64,000 nucleotides of DNA from assembly GCF_018350175.1 (NCBI RefSeq), contig NC_058368.1:223264001-223328000 (forward strand), given 5' to 3'. Origin of the DNA: Felis catus. Its lineage: Eukaryota. Shown here one piece after another: positions 11,985 to 26,852 of this stretch. Made by a program: the position numbers and the translations under genes. The notes under the pieces were generated by a model that had not been told where the DNA came from, did not search any database, and saw only the letters and a program-made list of their open reading frames with translations. Within the stretch, counting starts at the first letter, position 1. Every line of letters starts with the position of its first letter.

Positions 11985-14900
11985 TTACATAATTTACTTT
12001 TAATTATCCTCAGAAAATTAAACTTTTTGATGTAACTTTTGAAATAAAACATCCAAACAAGAAGTTGGTGTATACTATATGTATATATTGCCAAATGTAC
12101 ATTTATCTTAATGTTATAAACAATGGAGGATATAATTTATAGAATATCCCTATACTTATATTTTCTTTTCTTTTTTTCCTATACTTGTATTTTCAAGTAA
12201 TGTAACAGATTTAAAGTAATGAAATAATAAAACAGATTTAAAAGCGAAGCAAAAAAGAAAAAAAAGTGTGAACATGGTTTTTGAGTATGCAATTATCTTC
12301 TTAAAGATGAGTAAAATAAGACTTACCAAATCTGAGGTGCACAAATGATTTTGATCATACCAAGGAGAGATCAAACATGGATAATCATGGTGTATTATTG
12401 AAAAATTTAATATTCACACATTAGTATATGGCACTACCTGAATTCAGATATAGAAAATAGTAAAGCTTAGTTTCACTATGAATTTTAGGTTAAAAATATT
12501 AAAAAAAAAATAGCCACTTTCATCTACTTGCCAGGATATAGACCATCTTGACTACCCAAAAATATGGAATGAGTATGTATAAAATTGGATTAAACTCATC
12601 AGTAAGGAATATAGCAGAATAATAAACGTGATTCAAAGAGCACTTGAAGATGTATTTATCAGCAATTAGAATTGTATGTTGGACTAAAATAAGATTTCTT
12701 GGTTAGATATGAAACTGAGTGTTGGCCTTCAGGACAAAAACAAAACATAACCTTTGATGGTATCTTTTCTAATAGAGCCATTTGCATTTGACCTGACAAA
12801 AAAAAAATCTACAAGTTATCACGTAACTTTACAGAATATCGATCTTTAATGAGGAGTAAAAAGCAAAGAGCCATTCTAGATATTTGGATGATTTTTGAGC
12901 ACTTTATTAAAATGTGGCATTTAAAGGATATGTTGTCTTTCCTTTGTTTTATTTCCAATTATGGGATAATTTTTTCTTAACAGTGTTTTTTCTGGCCTTT
13001 CCTTTTATACACGTCCCTTCTATAATATTACTGTCTAGTTTATGACACCACTTAATAAACTCTCCCCTCTCCTATCTCAGGAATAACCCTTCCCTGGAGA
13101 GAACCAAGTAATTAAGTGTGTGAATTCAAAGGGGACCCCTGCAGGGCTCTAGCCATCTTGCTAAATAAGAGTAAATAGAAATTGTTTGCAATGTCAACAA
13201 TTAGAGCAGACATAGTCAATAAGAATTTAGAGGTGAGATTAGCAATAGATAAGCCACTAAATGGGAAGTATTCCTTTTGAGAGTTAATGGAATCTTTATT
13301 TGGAAAGTTCTGACATTCTTAGTGTTTCTCTGTGAGCATACAAATGTTTCAAACAGATTTTTCATTCTAATTTTAGATGTTTTGGATGTTGCATTAAAAA
13401 TTCCTTCATGTTTTGAACAGATATAATTAAATGCTATTTAATGGGCCCTTCAAAATGAGACACTTCAATAATTGACTGTACATCATTCCACAGTGCTTAA
13501 GTCCAGAGAGATGATTGCACCAAATTGATCTCTTGACATTTTCCCTCAGCTCTTCATTTTCAAAGTAGTTGGTCTTGTACACATGCACATCAACCAAAAA
13601 TATTGGAATTCAGAGGAGCTCTTCAGCAACTGTCAAATAAATCTATCCTTCAATGCTTAATTCACTTGAAAGCTAAATTCTATAGATATGATGGTTACCT
13701 AAATGAGTGTAATTACTCTTCATTTTAGGGCTTCTAAAAATGCTTCTTTTTTAAAACTGCTCAGTTTGCATTTACCTCAGTATGACGGGATGGTATTTGT
13801 TGGTTGGAAGCCTCATTTAAATAAAACCTAACTTAATGTATTTAAGTGCCTAATAGGGATAAGGCTCTGCTTCTAATAGATGGACTTTTTTTTTTTTTAA
13901 GTTCTAAATTATTTCATCTCTTGTTTCCACTGAATGGGGATTAAATGTTTGATTCATGGGGCAGTTAAAGACTGGAAGAGACAGAAATACACATAAAGGT
14001 GAATGTGAACATGATGATTGCATTGATCTTTTTCTCCAAAATAGGAGCTTGGCTTATGTCACTTCCCAAAGCAATGTGTTAGGGTTTGACCTTGTGTAAA
14101 TTATGTTCTTTAACTCACCTGGTAGGATATAATGAGGTTCCTAGCAAATGATTTATGAAGTCAACTTTAAAAGATATTAGTGCTTTTAAGTATTTAAGTT
14201 GTAAATAGACATGAAGTCACATGAAACACTGAGAAGAACCCATTTTAGAAAAATTCAAATAAGTTGGACCCAAACAAGGAATTCAAAAAAGGAAACAACT
14301 AAGCAGACAAATCAAATAGGTTACTTAAATATCTGTGATCTTTCTCTGACACACATAAGTATTCCATTTCCTTATAAAAGTTTAATATTCTGGTTTAATA
14401 TCAATAGTTTAATATCTAAAGACTTCTAATATTTACCAAATATTTGCTATAGCCACATCATGGCTCTAGTAATTATAGTAAATACTATGTATCTGCTGTT
14501 CTGATGAGTCACAACAATGCCATGTTTTAGATCTATATTTATATCACAACCAAGGAAATAAGGAAGGTACTTCAAGAAATTTATCCAATATCACACAGGT
14601 AATAAATGGGAGAACTGAGCTTTAAATGGTAACCTGGAACTTTTAGGCCCACATTTTATTCTGTTTCATCATTTTCTTTACAAATATGGACATTATTGTA
14701 AGATCAGTGTTTGACATATCAATCCTTACCCCCTTACACTGGGGTTAAGAAAAATAAGTTAGTTGGCAAAAACTGTTTTTAAGGAGTTACATCTTCTTAT
14801 TCATTTTAAGAATTCACAAAGATTTTCACTTCACTTAGGACATTCTTACCACCCTATAAAAATCTCTCTTTACAACATTACACTTTTTCTTTTTTATCCC

Positions 14901-15339
14901 CATTTGACTCTGCTTAGATTAAACCACTAAATGTATTGAGCCAGTTAAGCTATTTTAGTTAAAAGATTAGATTAGAATATCATTCAGTGGGCTCAAAAGG
15001 AACATTAATATCACATCCATGTTCATATCTCTTTAGTTTACCAAAATGAGAATATGTATAATGGTGCGCATTTGAATGTATGAACAAAGTAATTCACAGT
15101 AGTCAACTAGAGACACACATTTTCCTTTTCACTGGATTTTTTTGGTGTGCTACTTATTGTTTCAGAATTTGGAAAACTTGAAAAGTTTAAGTGAGAATTA
15201 GGTTTTTTGATCAAAATGTAAATTATTATTTTGTGCCACAAGAAATGATTTTCCTAAGATTCCTTCTAGATCTGACATAACATTTATCGTAGATCCTTAA
15301 AAAATAAGCATTGCTGCTGCCACTTAACAGAGGTATAAT

Positions 15340-15490
15340 TGTTAAGGTTTTTAATGTTTTTGAGCTTTGATTTTCTTCATGGATGAAATTAGTATTTGTT
15401 ACACCTTCCACTTTGAACAGTTGGAAAGCTATGTGAGAGAATGGATAGAGATTGTCTAGTGCAGTGCCCGGCACCTAGTAGGAACTCAGT
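15340..15490. mobile_element. MIR/L2-end fragment
   Basis: ttttcttcatggatgaaattag...gcagtgcccggcacctagtaggaactcag. Confidence 0.5.
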
Positions 15491-16439
15491 TCCTAGTAGG
15501 AACTTTTTCCATGCCATCAGCTATAGAAATAACTTGGGAAGAATGACAATATTCATATCTCTTTCTTCTATAGATGGAACCATTGTACAGGCAGCATGAA
15601 AAGTTATGTTTCCTGGGTTTTGGCAATATTTTACATGCCTTTGTTTATGTTGTATCATTTTAACAGAGCACGATATGAGTTCCTTATATGAGTACCTTTA
15701 ATTAGATTATTTCAGAATTTTGGTTAAAGCAGTCATTTCATGTATTTTAAGCATATGAGTTTTATAAAAAGTTAGCAATTTAAAAGGAATATAAGAACAG
15801 TTGGCTTTCTGTTTATTTTCCTCTAAGATGCATTTGTTAAAAATGAAAACAATTAAAATTTAAAAAAGAACAGAAAAGAACTTAGAAAAATGATAAAAAA
15901 CAAGTTTAAATGCCCCCAAATTTGCATACCTAAAGGGAAGAATATTTGGGAAAATTCTCTTTTTATACATTTTATCCACCTAAGTTTTCAAAGATGGGTA
16001 CATTCTTCATATGATTCTCTATAACTGTCTTTTTACACATAATAAATTAGTATATAGTGATTTCCATGTCATAATGAAAATGGTAATTAGTTGTTGTAAT
16101 AACAATCTGAATAGCAGTCTTTCTGAGCCTCTAATGTATGTCAGATATTGTATAAAACACTTGCTGTATATTATGATATATACCAATCAAAAATTATTTT
16201 GAGAATAGATATTGTTTTAATATCCAGTAAAGCATCTTGTCCAAGATTTCATGTGAAGTAGATATCAGAGCCTATCCTCAAAGGCTTACCTCTTAGGAGC
16301 AAAGAACATGCTCATAATTTCTGACTTGCTGACTTCATAGAACACTAAAATTGCATGACTGTAATCGGCATAATTCTATTTACTTGTTCTAGGTCTTGTA
16401 TCCATACTGTAGTGTTCCTAAAGGAAAGAGAAAATATTT

Positions 16440-16780
16440 TTTCTTTCTTTGGATTTTTATTTTTTATTGAAATAAAATTAAATACAGTGTTATATTAGTT
16501 TCAGGTGTATAATAAAGTGATTCAACAATTCTATACATTACTCAGCACCCCTCAAGATAAATGTATTCTTAATCTTTACTTCACTCATCCCTCCACCCAC
16601 CTCCCCTCTGGCAACATCCATTTTGTTCTCTGTATTTGAATCTGTTCTTTTGTTTGTCTCTTTTTTTTTTTCTTTGTTCATTTGTTATCCTTCTTCATTT
16701 GTTCTTTCTTCCCAATATGAGTGATGTCATATGGTATTTATCTTTCTCTCTCTTATTTCTCTTAGCACTATACCCTCTAG
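16440..16780 (-). mobile_element. Short L1 3' UTR fragment
   Basis: tatattagtttcaggtgtataataaagtgattcaacaattc...cccctctggcaac...atggtatttatctttctct. Confidence 0.85.
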
Positions 16781-16885
16781 AAGACAATATCTATTTTTCA
16801 TTGTATGTTACTACAAACAGGTGTGCCTTGCATATAGGCAGCTAGGCACAAGTCAATAAAAAATACACAAAATACTTTTAGTAGC

Positions 16886-16939
16886 TTCATTGTAATTTCA
16901 TTGTAATTAAATTGTAATTCATTGTAAATTCATTGTAAT
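16886..16939. repeat. Short tandem repeat (TTCATTGTAA)-like, about 5 copies
   Basis: Direct inspection. Confidence 0.85.
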
Positions 16940-17319
16940 AAAAAGCATGTGCTTTGTGTGCACATGCTATGAAGGATTTAGCTGGTCACTTTTGATTTAC
17001 ACATTTGGTCTTTTAATCTCCACTACTATGAATATCTTTGTGTTTAAGTTGTTGCAGAATTGTTCAAAATCTTCTGTGGAGAAATTTCTATAATTGTTCA
17101 AAGCATAAACCCATTTAAAATGTTGAAGCATACTGTCTGTCTAGTACTATTACTTAAAAAGACTTCTCCACTATTGCTTTCATAGTGGTACTATTTCCCT
17201 CACTTTTAACTACATGTGATGTGTTTTGTTACATTTAAGTTATAGTTACTAGCTAAAATTTAGTCCTACCAAAATTGTAGTACGCTTGCTTTGTACTAGT
17301 AAATTCCAAATTTCAGGAG

Positions 17320-18700
17320 CTTACCACAGTTGATTTTCTTACTTACCAGAAGTCTTTAAGAGCAGTGAGGGCCTCTATTCCCATAGTCATTCAGAGATTA
17401 GTTCTTTCCATGGTGTGGCTCAGCCTTCTTCTAGGACTTCAGTGTTTTCTCTGTCCATCCAACAGATAGGTTGAACAAATGGAGAATTAATCACAAGGCA
17501 TAAGCATGCCTAGAAGTGAATTAATCATTTCCACCTGGATTCCCTTAGCCCAAATTGAGTCATAAGTTCATTTTTTTTTTTAAATTGTAACTCCATTATA
17601 ATTAACATACAGTGTTCCATTAGTTTTAGGTGTACAATGTAGTGATTCAGCAATTCCATACATCATCCAGTGTTCATCATGACAAATGGCCTCCTTAATC
17701 CCCAGTAATTATTTCACCCATCCCCCTGCCCACCTCCCTCTGGTGACCGTTAGTTTCTTCTCTATAGTTAAGAGTCTGTTTCTTGGTTTGCCTCTCTCCC
17801 CACCCCCCACCTCTCCCATGAACATCAGTTTTGTTTCTTAAATTCCACATATGAGTGAAATCATATGGTATTTGTCTTTCTCTGACTGACTTCACTTAGC
17901 ATAATACACTCATATTCCATCCACATATTGCAAATGGCAAGATTTCATTCCCTTTTATGGATGAATAACATTCCCTGTGTGTGTGTATGTGTGTATGGTA
18001 TATATGTATATATGTGTGTACCCATACATACCACTTCTTTATCCATTCATCAGTCAGTGGACATTTGGGCTCCTTCCATAATTTGGCTATTGTTGATAAT
18101 GCTGCTATAAACATTGGGATGCATGTGTCCCTTCACATGAGTGTCTTGGTAACCTTTAGGTAAATACCTAATGCAAATGCTAGATTGTAGGGTAGTTCTA
18201 TTTTTAAATTTTCAAGGACACTCCATACTGTTTTCCACACTGGCTGCACCATTTTACCACCAACAGTGCAAAAGGGTTCCTTATTTTCCACATCCTTGCC
18301 AAAACTTGTTGTTTCTTATGTTTTTGATTTTAGCTATTTTGATAGGTGGGAGGTGATGTCTCATTGTAGTTTTGATTTGCATTTCCCTGATGATGAAGTG
18401 ACGTTGAGCGTCTTTTCTTGTGTCTGTTGGCCATCTGTTTGTCTTCTTTACAGAATTGTCTTTTCATCTATTCTGCCCATTTTTCTAAATGCATTTTTTT
18501 TTAATTTTTGGTGTTGAGTTTTAGAAGTTCTTTATATATTTTGGATACCATCAGATATGTCATTTGCAAATATTTTCTCCCATCCAGTATGTTGCCTTTT
18601 AGTTCTGTTGACTCTTTCCTAAGATGTTGGCATAAGGTCAGTTTTAACTTCAATGGGGACTCGGAACTTAGTCTAGCTGTGTACCCAGGGAAAGTAGAAC
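17320..18700. mobile_element. Old MaLR LTR (MLT1K/L-like), split by the L1 at 17570-18617
   Basis: catagtcattcagaga and tcatttccacctggattccctt before the L1; ttagtctagctgtgtacccagggaaag after it. Confidence 0.55.
17570..18617 (-). mobile_element. 5'-truncated carnivore L1
   Basis: Poly-T start and L1 3' UTR; - strand peptide MFIAALSTIAKLWKEPKCPLTDEWIKK is the ORF2 C-terminus. Confidence 0.92.
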
Positions 18701-19799
18701 GTAAGTTTAGTAAACAATGAGCCCATCCCTACCATAGTTTTCCAAACACCTGTTTCAGTCTTCATCTTCCACATACAACACATTCGTGTCTTCCCACTGA
18801 TGACAATACGTATCCTAGATGAAAAGTATCCAAGATCTCTGGACAGTAGTCTTTTCCAAAGATCAAGGCCTAAAATATAGTCCTACCCACCCACCCCATA
18901 CACCCATCCAAAGTCAAGGGCATAACCAGACAGGACTAACGTGACAAAAGAAATGTCCTGGGGGGAAAAATGACAGACAGGCAGTAGTTCATACTTCATA
19001 TTAATTTTGAAATATTCCTGGGGGGGGGGGATGTGGAATCTACCAAATGACACGAACTCTCTGATTCATTATTCTATATAAGGCACCTAGATGTACCTTA
19101 AATGTGATATTACCTTCCCATTCTACTTCCATGGCCACCTCTAAAGTAGGCACTGGCGAGTCCTTTTCTTACCCTGAGGAATCCCTCCTACCTGCTACCT
19201 GTATGTGCAAGCCTCAGAATCCGTAAGTTCAGTTGATTTTCAAAGTGCCAGAACGCTTTTAGTCCAAGCTCCTTGTTTCTTTGCCAATGAGATTTCCTCA
19301 AAAACTGATAGGCTTCTGATTGATTTGTTTCTAATCATTTCCATTTGGCAATAAACATAAATTATTACTTAGACAAAATGTCAGCTCTCCTTTCTTTTCT
19401 TACATCTCACCTCAGTGTCCCTTCCTCTCTCAAATTACTGCAGGCGACCTTGAGGTGATCTGAGTTAAGTGTGGAGGTGAAACTCTTAATCTGATCATTT
19501 ATGTAAAGCAGTCAATTTTTTCAACTGACACATCCAAACAAGCTTTTTCTTTTTTCTTTTTTTTTTCTTTTTTAATCTCAAAGATATTTTCAAACCTGAT
19601 GTTCAGTTGTTGAGGTCTATATTGCACCCAAAGCGTTCACAAACTTTTAACGCTCTGGACTGTCTCTATTCTTTTTGTTCTCCTACTTAAATATAAGGAG
19701 ATCCTGACCTTGCTAATTTCATTCTCAATACTTTTGTGATGCAGCCATCAATAGCCATCACTGCCCACTGAATTTTGTTAGCGTGTTGTTTACCTTGTA

Positions 19800-20190
19800 G
19801 GTTACTGCTGCTAATAATGTTACCAAAATTTGCTACTCTGTAACATGATGACAGACCCAAGTGCAAGGTACTAATTTTGATGTTAAATTGAAGGACTACC
19901 AGAAGCTCTAACAGACAAGCCTCATGATCTTACTGGTTTAATAGAAGTTTGTTTCTAGTTCAGATAAAGGCTGTTCCATAATGTCATTCAGAGACCAGGC
20001 TCCTTCAATCTTGGGTACCTTTCCCTATGTTAAGGATAGAGGATCCCATTGGAGTCTTTCATGGGACAGCCCTCCATGTAGTTTTCACCACTTTCAGCCA
20101 TATTGCTTCCACAAAAACTGAGTGATCATAGCCAAACCTGCAAGAAAGGGAAGGAAATGTAACACAGCTATGTCCTGGAGGAAAGAGATA
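19800..20190. mobile_element. Old MaLR LTR (MLT1K/L-like)
   Basis: gtcattcagagaccaggctccttcaatcttg...ggaaatgtaacacagctatgtcctggaggaaag. Confidence 0.55.
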
Positions 20191-20869
20191 GCTATCTTAA
20201 CTGCTAGGACAAAATAAACACTTTAAGGATTAACTTTCAGTTAATTTTAGCTACCTGTTGAACTTGGGATATAGTCTGAGGGTAAAGAAAGATAAAGACA
20301 CAGTTTTTTTTTTTCACTTACAGAAAAATAAAATAAAAATATGAAAAAAGTACCCATGAATTCTTTTTTTAAATAAAAGTAGTTAAATTGTCATTTGTAA
20401 AATATTTAAAGCACAAGATGTTTAAATATATGTATGTATAGCATACTGATAGAAATTAAAAGTAAATATAGTCTTCCTCCTAGATTTAACAATTCAAGGG
20501 ATCCAATTCTATTTTGAGTATTTGCATTTAAAAAAGGGAAATCCTGATTATATATACATCGCTCATGGAAGAAAAAGCATAATGTATTTTCAAATACACA
20601 GCTGTAATTCCTCAGTACACTGGAAAAAGGCAGAATTGACAGATGGAATGAGGTCCTTCTCTTTCAGTAGCTGAACTTCCTGTTAAGGCCTCACCAAACC
20701 CTTTTAGACAAATATTATTATGTCACACTGTCAAACCCTTAATTCCTCCCATAGTTATGTACTAAGCATCTCCCATATGTGAGAAAGTGTAATTTAATGG
20801 GAATTTAAGAATCAATAAGACTCCTCTACCCCTAAGAGGATTATAGATGGGCTCATGGTTATCTGGTGG

Positions 20870-21232
20870 TATTTCTAAGATGGGCAGAATCAGCATCACC
20901 TGTGAGCTCCTTAGATAAGCAGTCTCAAGGTCCACCAGCAATCTGTTTTGTTTTGTTTTGTTTTGTTTTTTAAGATTGATTTATTTTTGAGCGAGAGGGT
21001 GTGTGTGTGTTTAAGTGGGGAGGGGCACAGAGAGGCGGGGACAGAAGATTTGAAGAGGGCTATGCACTGACTGCAGCTGGCTCCATGCAGGGCTTGAATT
21101 TACAAGCTCTGAGATCATGACCTGAGCTAAAGTTGGACCCTCAACTGACTGAGCCACCCAAGTGCCCCAGCAGTCTATTTTTAACAAGGTTTCTAGGTGA
21201 TTCTGATGCAAGTCAGTGGTTAAGTATAACTG
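20870..21232. mobile_element. MER5A-like hAT DNA transposon, interrupted by a SINE
   Basis: cagcatcacctgtgagctc...ttttaacaaggtttctaggtgattctgatgca. Confidence 0.7.
20950..21168 (-). mobile_element. Can-SINE
   Basis: Antisense head gagccacccaagtgcccc; degenerate TSD cagcaatctgtttt/cagcagtctatttt. Confidence 0.9.
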
Positions 21233-22638
21233 GTCTTGTGAGATCCTTTAGGGACAGTTAGGATGCTTGAAAGAATATGCTTCCTTCCCACCCTTACCTC
21301 ACCCTGAGCATCTGTCTCAACCACAACAGTAAACAGTGAAAGTAAGAACTGAACTTGAGTAATTTTTTGTTTCCTTTACATGCTTTATGTCCCGTACACA
21401 TTATAAAGATAACCATTCCCTTGGATGAATTACAGCAGAAAATTGCTTGTGAGTATTTAGTAAGGAGATGCATAAAGTAAAATCATGTAAAAAAATTCAG
21501 TTCAACAAAGGTGTTTTTTACTTTATTTTAAATCTGCTTGTTTCCCCCCAGAAACCCTGTAAATTATATAGTTAATGGGGAACAAATCAAAAGTAAAGAT
21601 CAAGACCATAAAAGGAAGTAAGCAAGCCTGTTCACTGTGATGGTAAATATAGATTATATGATTGAGAATTAGATTTTATTCTTATCTTTCTTTGAGCTAA
21701 GATTAAAAGGAAAGCATGATTAGTTACATTGAGATTGTTACTATAGAAACATATGAAATGCTTTGTTGTATGTTCATAGAGATGTTGTGGGAGATATTAT
21801 TAAAAACATTAAGAGATTCCAAACTCCTTAGCCTAGAGGAGGCAGGCAGATAACTAAAATAAGAAATCAGGCTGGATGGAATAAAACATGGAGAATATAG
21901 TGCTAACCTCAGGATGATAGGCCATTGTCAAGTAAGCATGTACTTCCCAGCTCACAGAGATCATTGCCAAACTGGAGACAGGCCAAATTTCACCATATCT
22001 CCAGTTTTTTTGAGAGAAGTTAGAAATGTCTATTTTTAAGTAAAATTTCTAAAAGTTTTAATATTTTTAAATAAAGTATGTTTTGTAGTATTATGTTGAA
22101 TAAATGACATTCTTCTGATTGAGAATATGCCCTAGACTGCCCACTAGTATACAAATTCTGTATTGTGTCCTATTATTTCTGCAAATGGAAAAGAAGATTA
22201 TTTCTGAGTTTGGTATCGGGTAAAACAACTTGTTTATATTTTGACACTATGAAATATGGAAAAATGACACTGCATCCTTTTTAATCTGGATGCCCAAAAG
22301 TTTTCAAGTCTTTCCATTCAATTTTTTGGGTCTACTACTAGGAAATATATAGGCCATTTAGGGTTACATTTACATTTACATTTACATTTACATTTAATAA
22401 GCTTCCATTTTCAACTAGTCTTTTTATGCCTCCTTTCTCTGGTCACTGCATTTTCATTTTATTGTATCTCATGGTATGTCAACTCAAATATCCCTGTAGC
22501 CTCTTGGATTGTTAAGTACAAGTGAAATCACATTTATATCACAGTGATTATAGTACCAATCACAGAGGTTACATCCGTATTTTGAAGAGGGGGTTTAGAC
22601 TCTGGAGGGAGCGCACTCATAAGATATTTCTGAAACTT

Positions 22639-22761
22639 AGGGGCGGTTCAGTCAGTTAAGCGTACAACTATTAGTCTCAGCTCAGGTCATGATCTCACGG
22701 TTTTTGAGTTCAAGCCCCACATTGGGCTCTGAGCTGACAGTGTGGAGTCTGCTTGGGATAT

Positions 22762-22815
<54 letters not shown>

Positions 22816-22872
22816 CCTCTCCTGCTGGGTCTCTATCTCTCTCTCAAAAATCAAACAAACAAACAAACTTAA
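22639..22872 (+). mobile_element. Can-SINE with expanded (CT)n
   Basis: TSD-like gatatttctga on both sides. Confidence 0.9.
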
Positions 22873-25800
22873 AAGGATATTTCTGAGATTATTTGCTGTG
22901 CCATCCGTGGTCTGGATCATCAGCCCATGTTCCAAAATGCCACCTGCCAGAGAGCGGCGTCTGTAAGACAGTATTACCCGGAGCATGTGCATCTGATTGC
23001 TGCTGGTGAAGTCACAACATATTCCAGGCATGCCAAGGTATCTTGTGTCCCTGAGAGTTCTGTGGAAATTCTTAGTGTTCCCAAAGGAATCCTCCTGTCA
23101 CTGACTATGCCTGCAAACTATGATGCCATAATGTTCTTTGCTGCTGTCACCACTGATGAGCTGTCACTTACACAGACCCAGTGTGCACTTTCAATGGGAC
23201 ATATAGATCAGGGCAATGATGGAACATCAAGGCAAGAGGAGCGGTTTTCCTCCTGAGTCATGCTTAGTCAGGCGTTTTGTTTTGTTTTGTTTTTCCACAT
23301 GGTAACAGCTGACTTCCAGAGTTAAAGTTCTCTGCATCAATATACAGGAGCTTTTACCTAAAATTGCCCTAGAGTACCATGGATTCTGTCTTAGTCATCA
23401 AAATCAGTCATGACCAATAACAAGAATGATTTTTTTTTCAGAAACAAAAACACTAGTACATACCTTAACTTTCCAAGCCAGATGCCCCCCTTTTATGCCC
23501 CCCTTTTATGTTTTGAGTTGTTACTGGAACCTTTGTCCTTTTATGAAATTTTTCTTCAGTCGCATCCGTCCACTCATCCAGATTTGCTCTCATATCTTTG
23601 GATTTTCCTTCATCTGGTAGAGGGAAGCTGAAATACAGCGATTTAGATTCTTATCTCCAGAAAGTTATTCCGGGACTGAGTACTTGAGGGTTGGGGCATG
23701 CATTCCTTTTCTCTTTCTGTTGTGATGGATTAGCACACTTTCACGCACTTGACCCAAATCAATTTATTATCTCTTAGTTTTCATGTGTTAGAAGTCAGGG
23801 ACCACTTAACTGGATGTCCGCTCAGATCTTACAAGGCTGAAATCATGTTGCCAGGCTTGACTGTCAATAGACTCATAGTAGTACAATCTTACCCATCTAT
23901 AGTAGATTGTATTATTTGTGTTTGAGTGGGATATTTAAATACATTATGTTATACCGTTGGAATTAAATAAAGAATTGGCCAAATATAAACTCTAAACAAA
24001 TTGCATAAAACCATTTTTAATGTCTATCAACTGAAAGGACTTGGGTCTCCACTCCTCAGTGAGAGGCAAGATTCTTCTAACACATGCCCCATCTCCTTTT
24101 ACTTTGACAAAACCCAGCAAAGTAGCTTCTCGTATTAGTAAATGTAAAGAGGTAGAAAACATGCCCATATTTAGGTAGATAATATGTCCTAGAAGTTTGG
24201 AATACAAGTTTCTCTTCTCTGGAAACTCTCTTCTATTTTCAAATGTTATGCTCTATTTCCTCCCCTTGTGATACTGTGTTTGTGGTGGGAAAAAAAAAAA
24301 AAAACTGAAGAGGTCACGAAGAGAGGTTTATAGACATAAAAAATAATGATGTGAGAACTTTATGAACAGATAAAAGATTTTAGTGTATTATATCAATCGA
24401 ACTACAGAATTGTTACACTAAAATAGACATGGGACCAGCTCTTGATTTGCTCTTTTATTATTGACCGAGTGCTGGTTTTATGCCAGGCAGTGCTTTAGGT
24501 TATGTGAATACACAGATGATGCCTTGCTCACCCATAATGAATTAAAAAGAAAAAAAAAATCAAAACAAAGAAAAATGTAGTTTGGGAAATTGGATTTTGA
24601 CTTCTGCAGCCATGTGATACTAGAATAGAATGATTGTTCCACTCACAAATTTCAGAGCTGTGATGTTATTTCACCTTGCTACATCTGTGGATGATATATT
24701 GTTACTCATCTCATGTGATTATTATACAGATAAGAAGAAATAACTTGGGGCAAGTGTTTAGTGTACTGAGTATCATATAGTAATCAATGTCAACTAAAGA
24801 AAATAACACTATTGATGGTAATTTCAAGAATAATAGCAGTAACGAACTCTAAATATAAAATTTAGTGCTGTGTGAAAGGAGCAAACAAAGGAAAAGTGAC
24901 TAAAATGTGTAATGTTGTTAAACTTATATGTAGGGGTAAATCTGGCCCATGGATTTATATGTTGAGCTAACATTATTTCCGTGTCTATGATGATTAAAAT
25001 GGGCTGAACCCGTTGATGATGGAACATCTAGTTTTCCAGAGTTCACATTTGCATTGCTAAGCGATTTTACTCTATCTGGACATTTAAGCATTTTGAACCA
25101 TTACCTTAACAATGTAAGTGATTAATGGTTTTTCCTCCTGCATAGACTTATAGCACAATAAAAACGTAAATTGCCCAGGGGAATACATGGCACCAGTTGA
25201 AGGAATGTTATTCTATGCAAATATTTGAGTCAGAGTCTCATAACATTGGAATTACTCTATAGCTGAGCTAACAGAATATCATATAATAAAGTCAAAATCC
25301 AAAAATCTTGTATTATCAAAGGGCAAGAGTAAAACACTCATTAAAATATATTATGGAACAACTACAACAATAACAACAAATCAACCTCTGATTTTGGAAT
25401 ATCTAGAAAAAAACAATCTTTTGTCCCCGAATTGTATTGGGCTAGCACAAAATAAACCAATTTTAGAGCACCAAAGTATATCCCCCATCGAAAACTAATA
25501 AAATCTATTTGGACAGTGAAAATCCACTGGCTTTTAAAACAAGAACTATATGATCTCTAAGGAACTAAAATGATGTTGATATTTCTCACAGTCATGAAAT
25601 CAACTCAAAGTTATGGCATGGCATGTATCAGTTAACAAAAAGAACTCATTCATTTCTCTTGCCCATTTAAGATTTCATATGCATCCACAAATAAGATATT
25701 TTTATGTTGCTAATATAAACATGTCCATTTGACTTATCAAATGGCTTATATAAAGTATAATCTTTATTCAGAATACTGGAGTTTAATGTCAAAACATTTG

Positions 25801-26852
25801 TATGCTGCTCAAAATCTGAAGAATGAGTTGCCATGTGAAAAATTAGAAGTAAATACTAACTTCAACAATTATAGTTCTGAAGTTGCAATATTGATACATT
25901 ACTTGTTCTAGCAAGTCTTCCCGGAAGGAACCATGCCAACTGGTAGGAAAAGTGACCACAGATTTTCTCATTAAAAGTTAAGGAGGTGGTAGGAAAAATT
26001 ATCTAGAAATGTGAATTTAAATGGATTTGCCCATTAGTAAATCCAGACCCCTTAGTCTGGATAATGTCAAGTATAGTATTGCCTAATAATAGATTAAGTA
26101 AATTCACTAATGGTGTATATTTAGATGCAAATTACTTTCCTAGTTTATGAAATGAACTATCCTATTTAATCCTCACTGCTGCTTCTAAGGAATAGCAAGT
26201 CATAAAATGAGATGGATATTTCTATTGTAGCAACTTTGGGTAGGTTATTATCACTAAAATCAGAGCAAATGTACATGTTACAAAGTAAAATTGTTACTTT
26301 CTTGGTAGAGAAGAGAAAAACTCAAATTGTTGTACATTGTACTTACAATCAAAAGATGCCTATGGTACTTGTTTGGATGGATGATCTAATAGGAGAAATT
26401 ATAAGATGCTTATAAGTAACCACGGATTCTTCTGGGTGTGTTGGGTGAAATTAACACAAAGTAGTCTGGGATTTTGGTAATATATTAATGAAAGAGAAAA
26501 ATACCTAAGATACATTTTGTTATTCCAATAACTCAGATTACTTTTTCAAAATGTATACGATGGATAATCCACTAAATCCTTAAATGTAGGAAGACACTAA
26601 CTTTTAATGTCTGGGCTAAGTTAATAAATTAATACTTATCTGCTTATTGTCAGAAAGCACTTAAAATACACACCAGTGGAATGTATGTGGCATAGTTAAC
26701 AATAAAATGAATAAATAAAATGAACACAAATCATTTTTTTTAACTTTTATTTTCCTCATCTATTGCCTTCACAGCTGCTTTGTCACTTCTAACTTTCTTG
26801 GTTCCTAATGATGCTTTAGTCATACTTCACAATTTTTCTCGCCCCCCCCCCC

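Noticed and set aside
22364..22396. (TTACAT)5 repeat as a functional element
   Set aside because: A short simple repeat with no associated structure.
22927..23256. 109-aa ORF in non-SINE sequence
   Set aside because: No recognisable domain or splice context; consistent with chance in a slightly more GC-rich patch.
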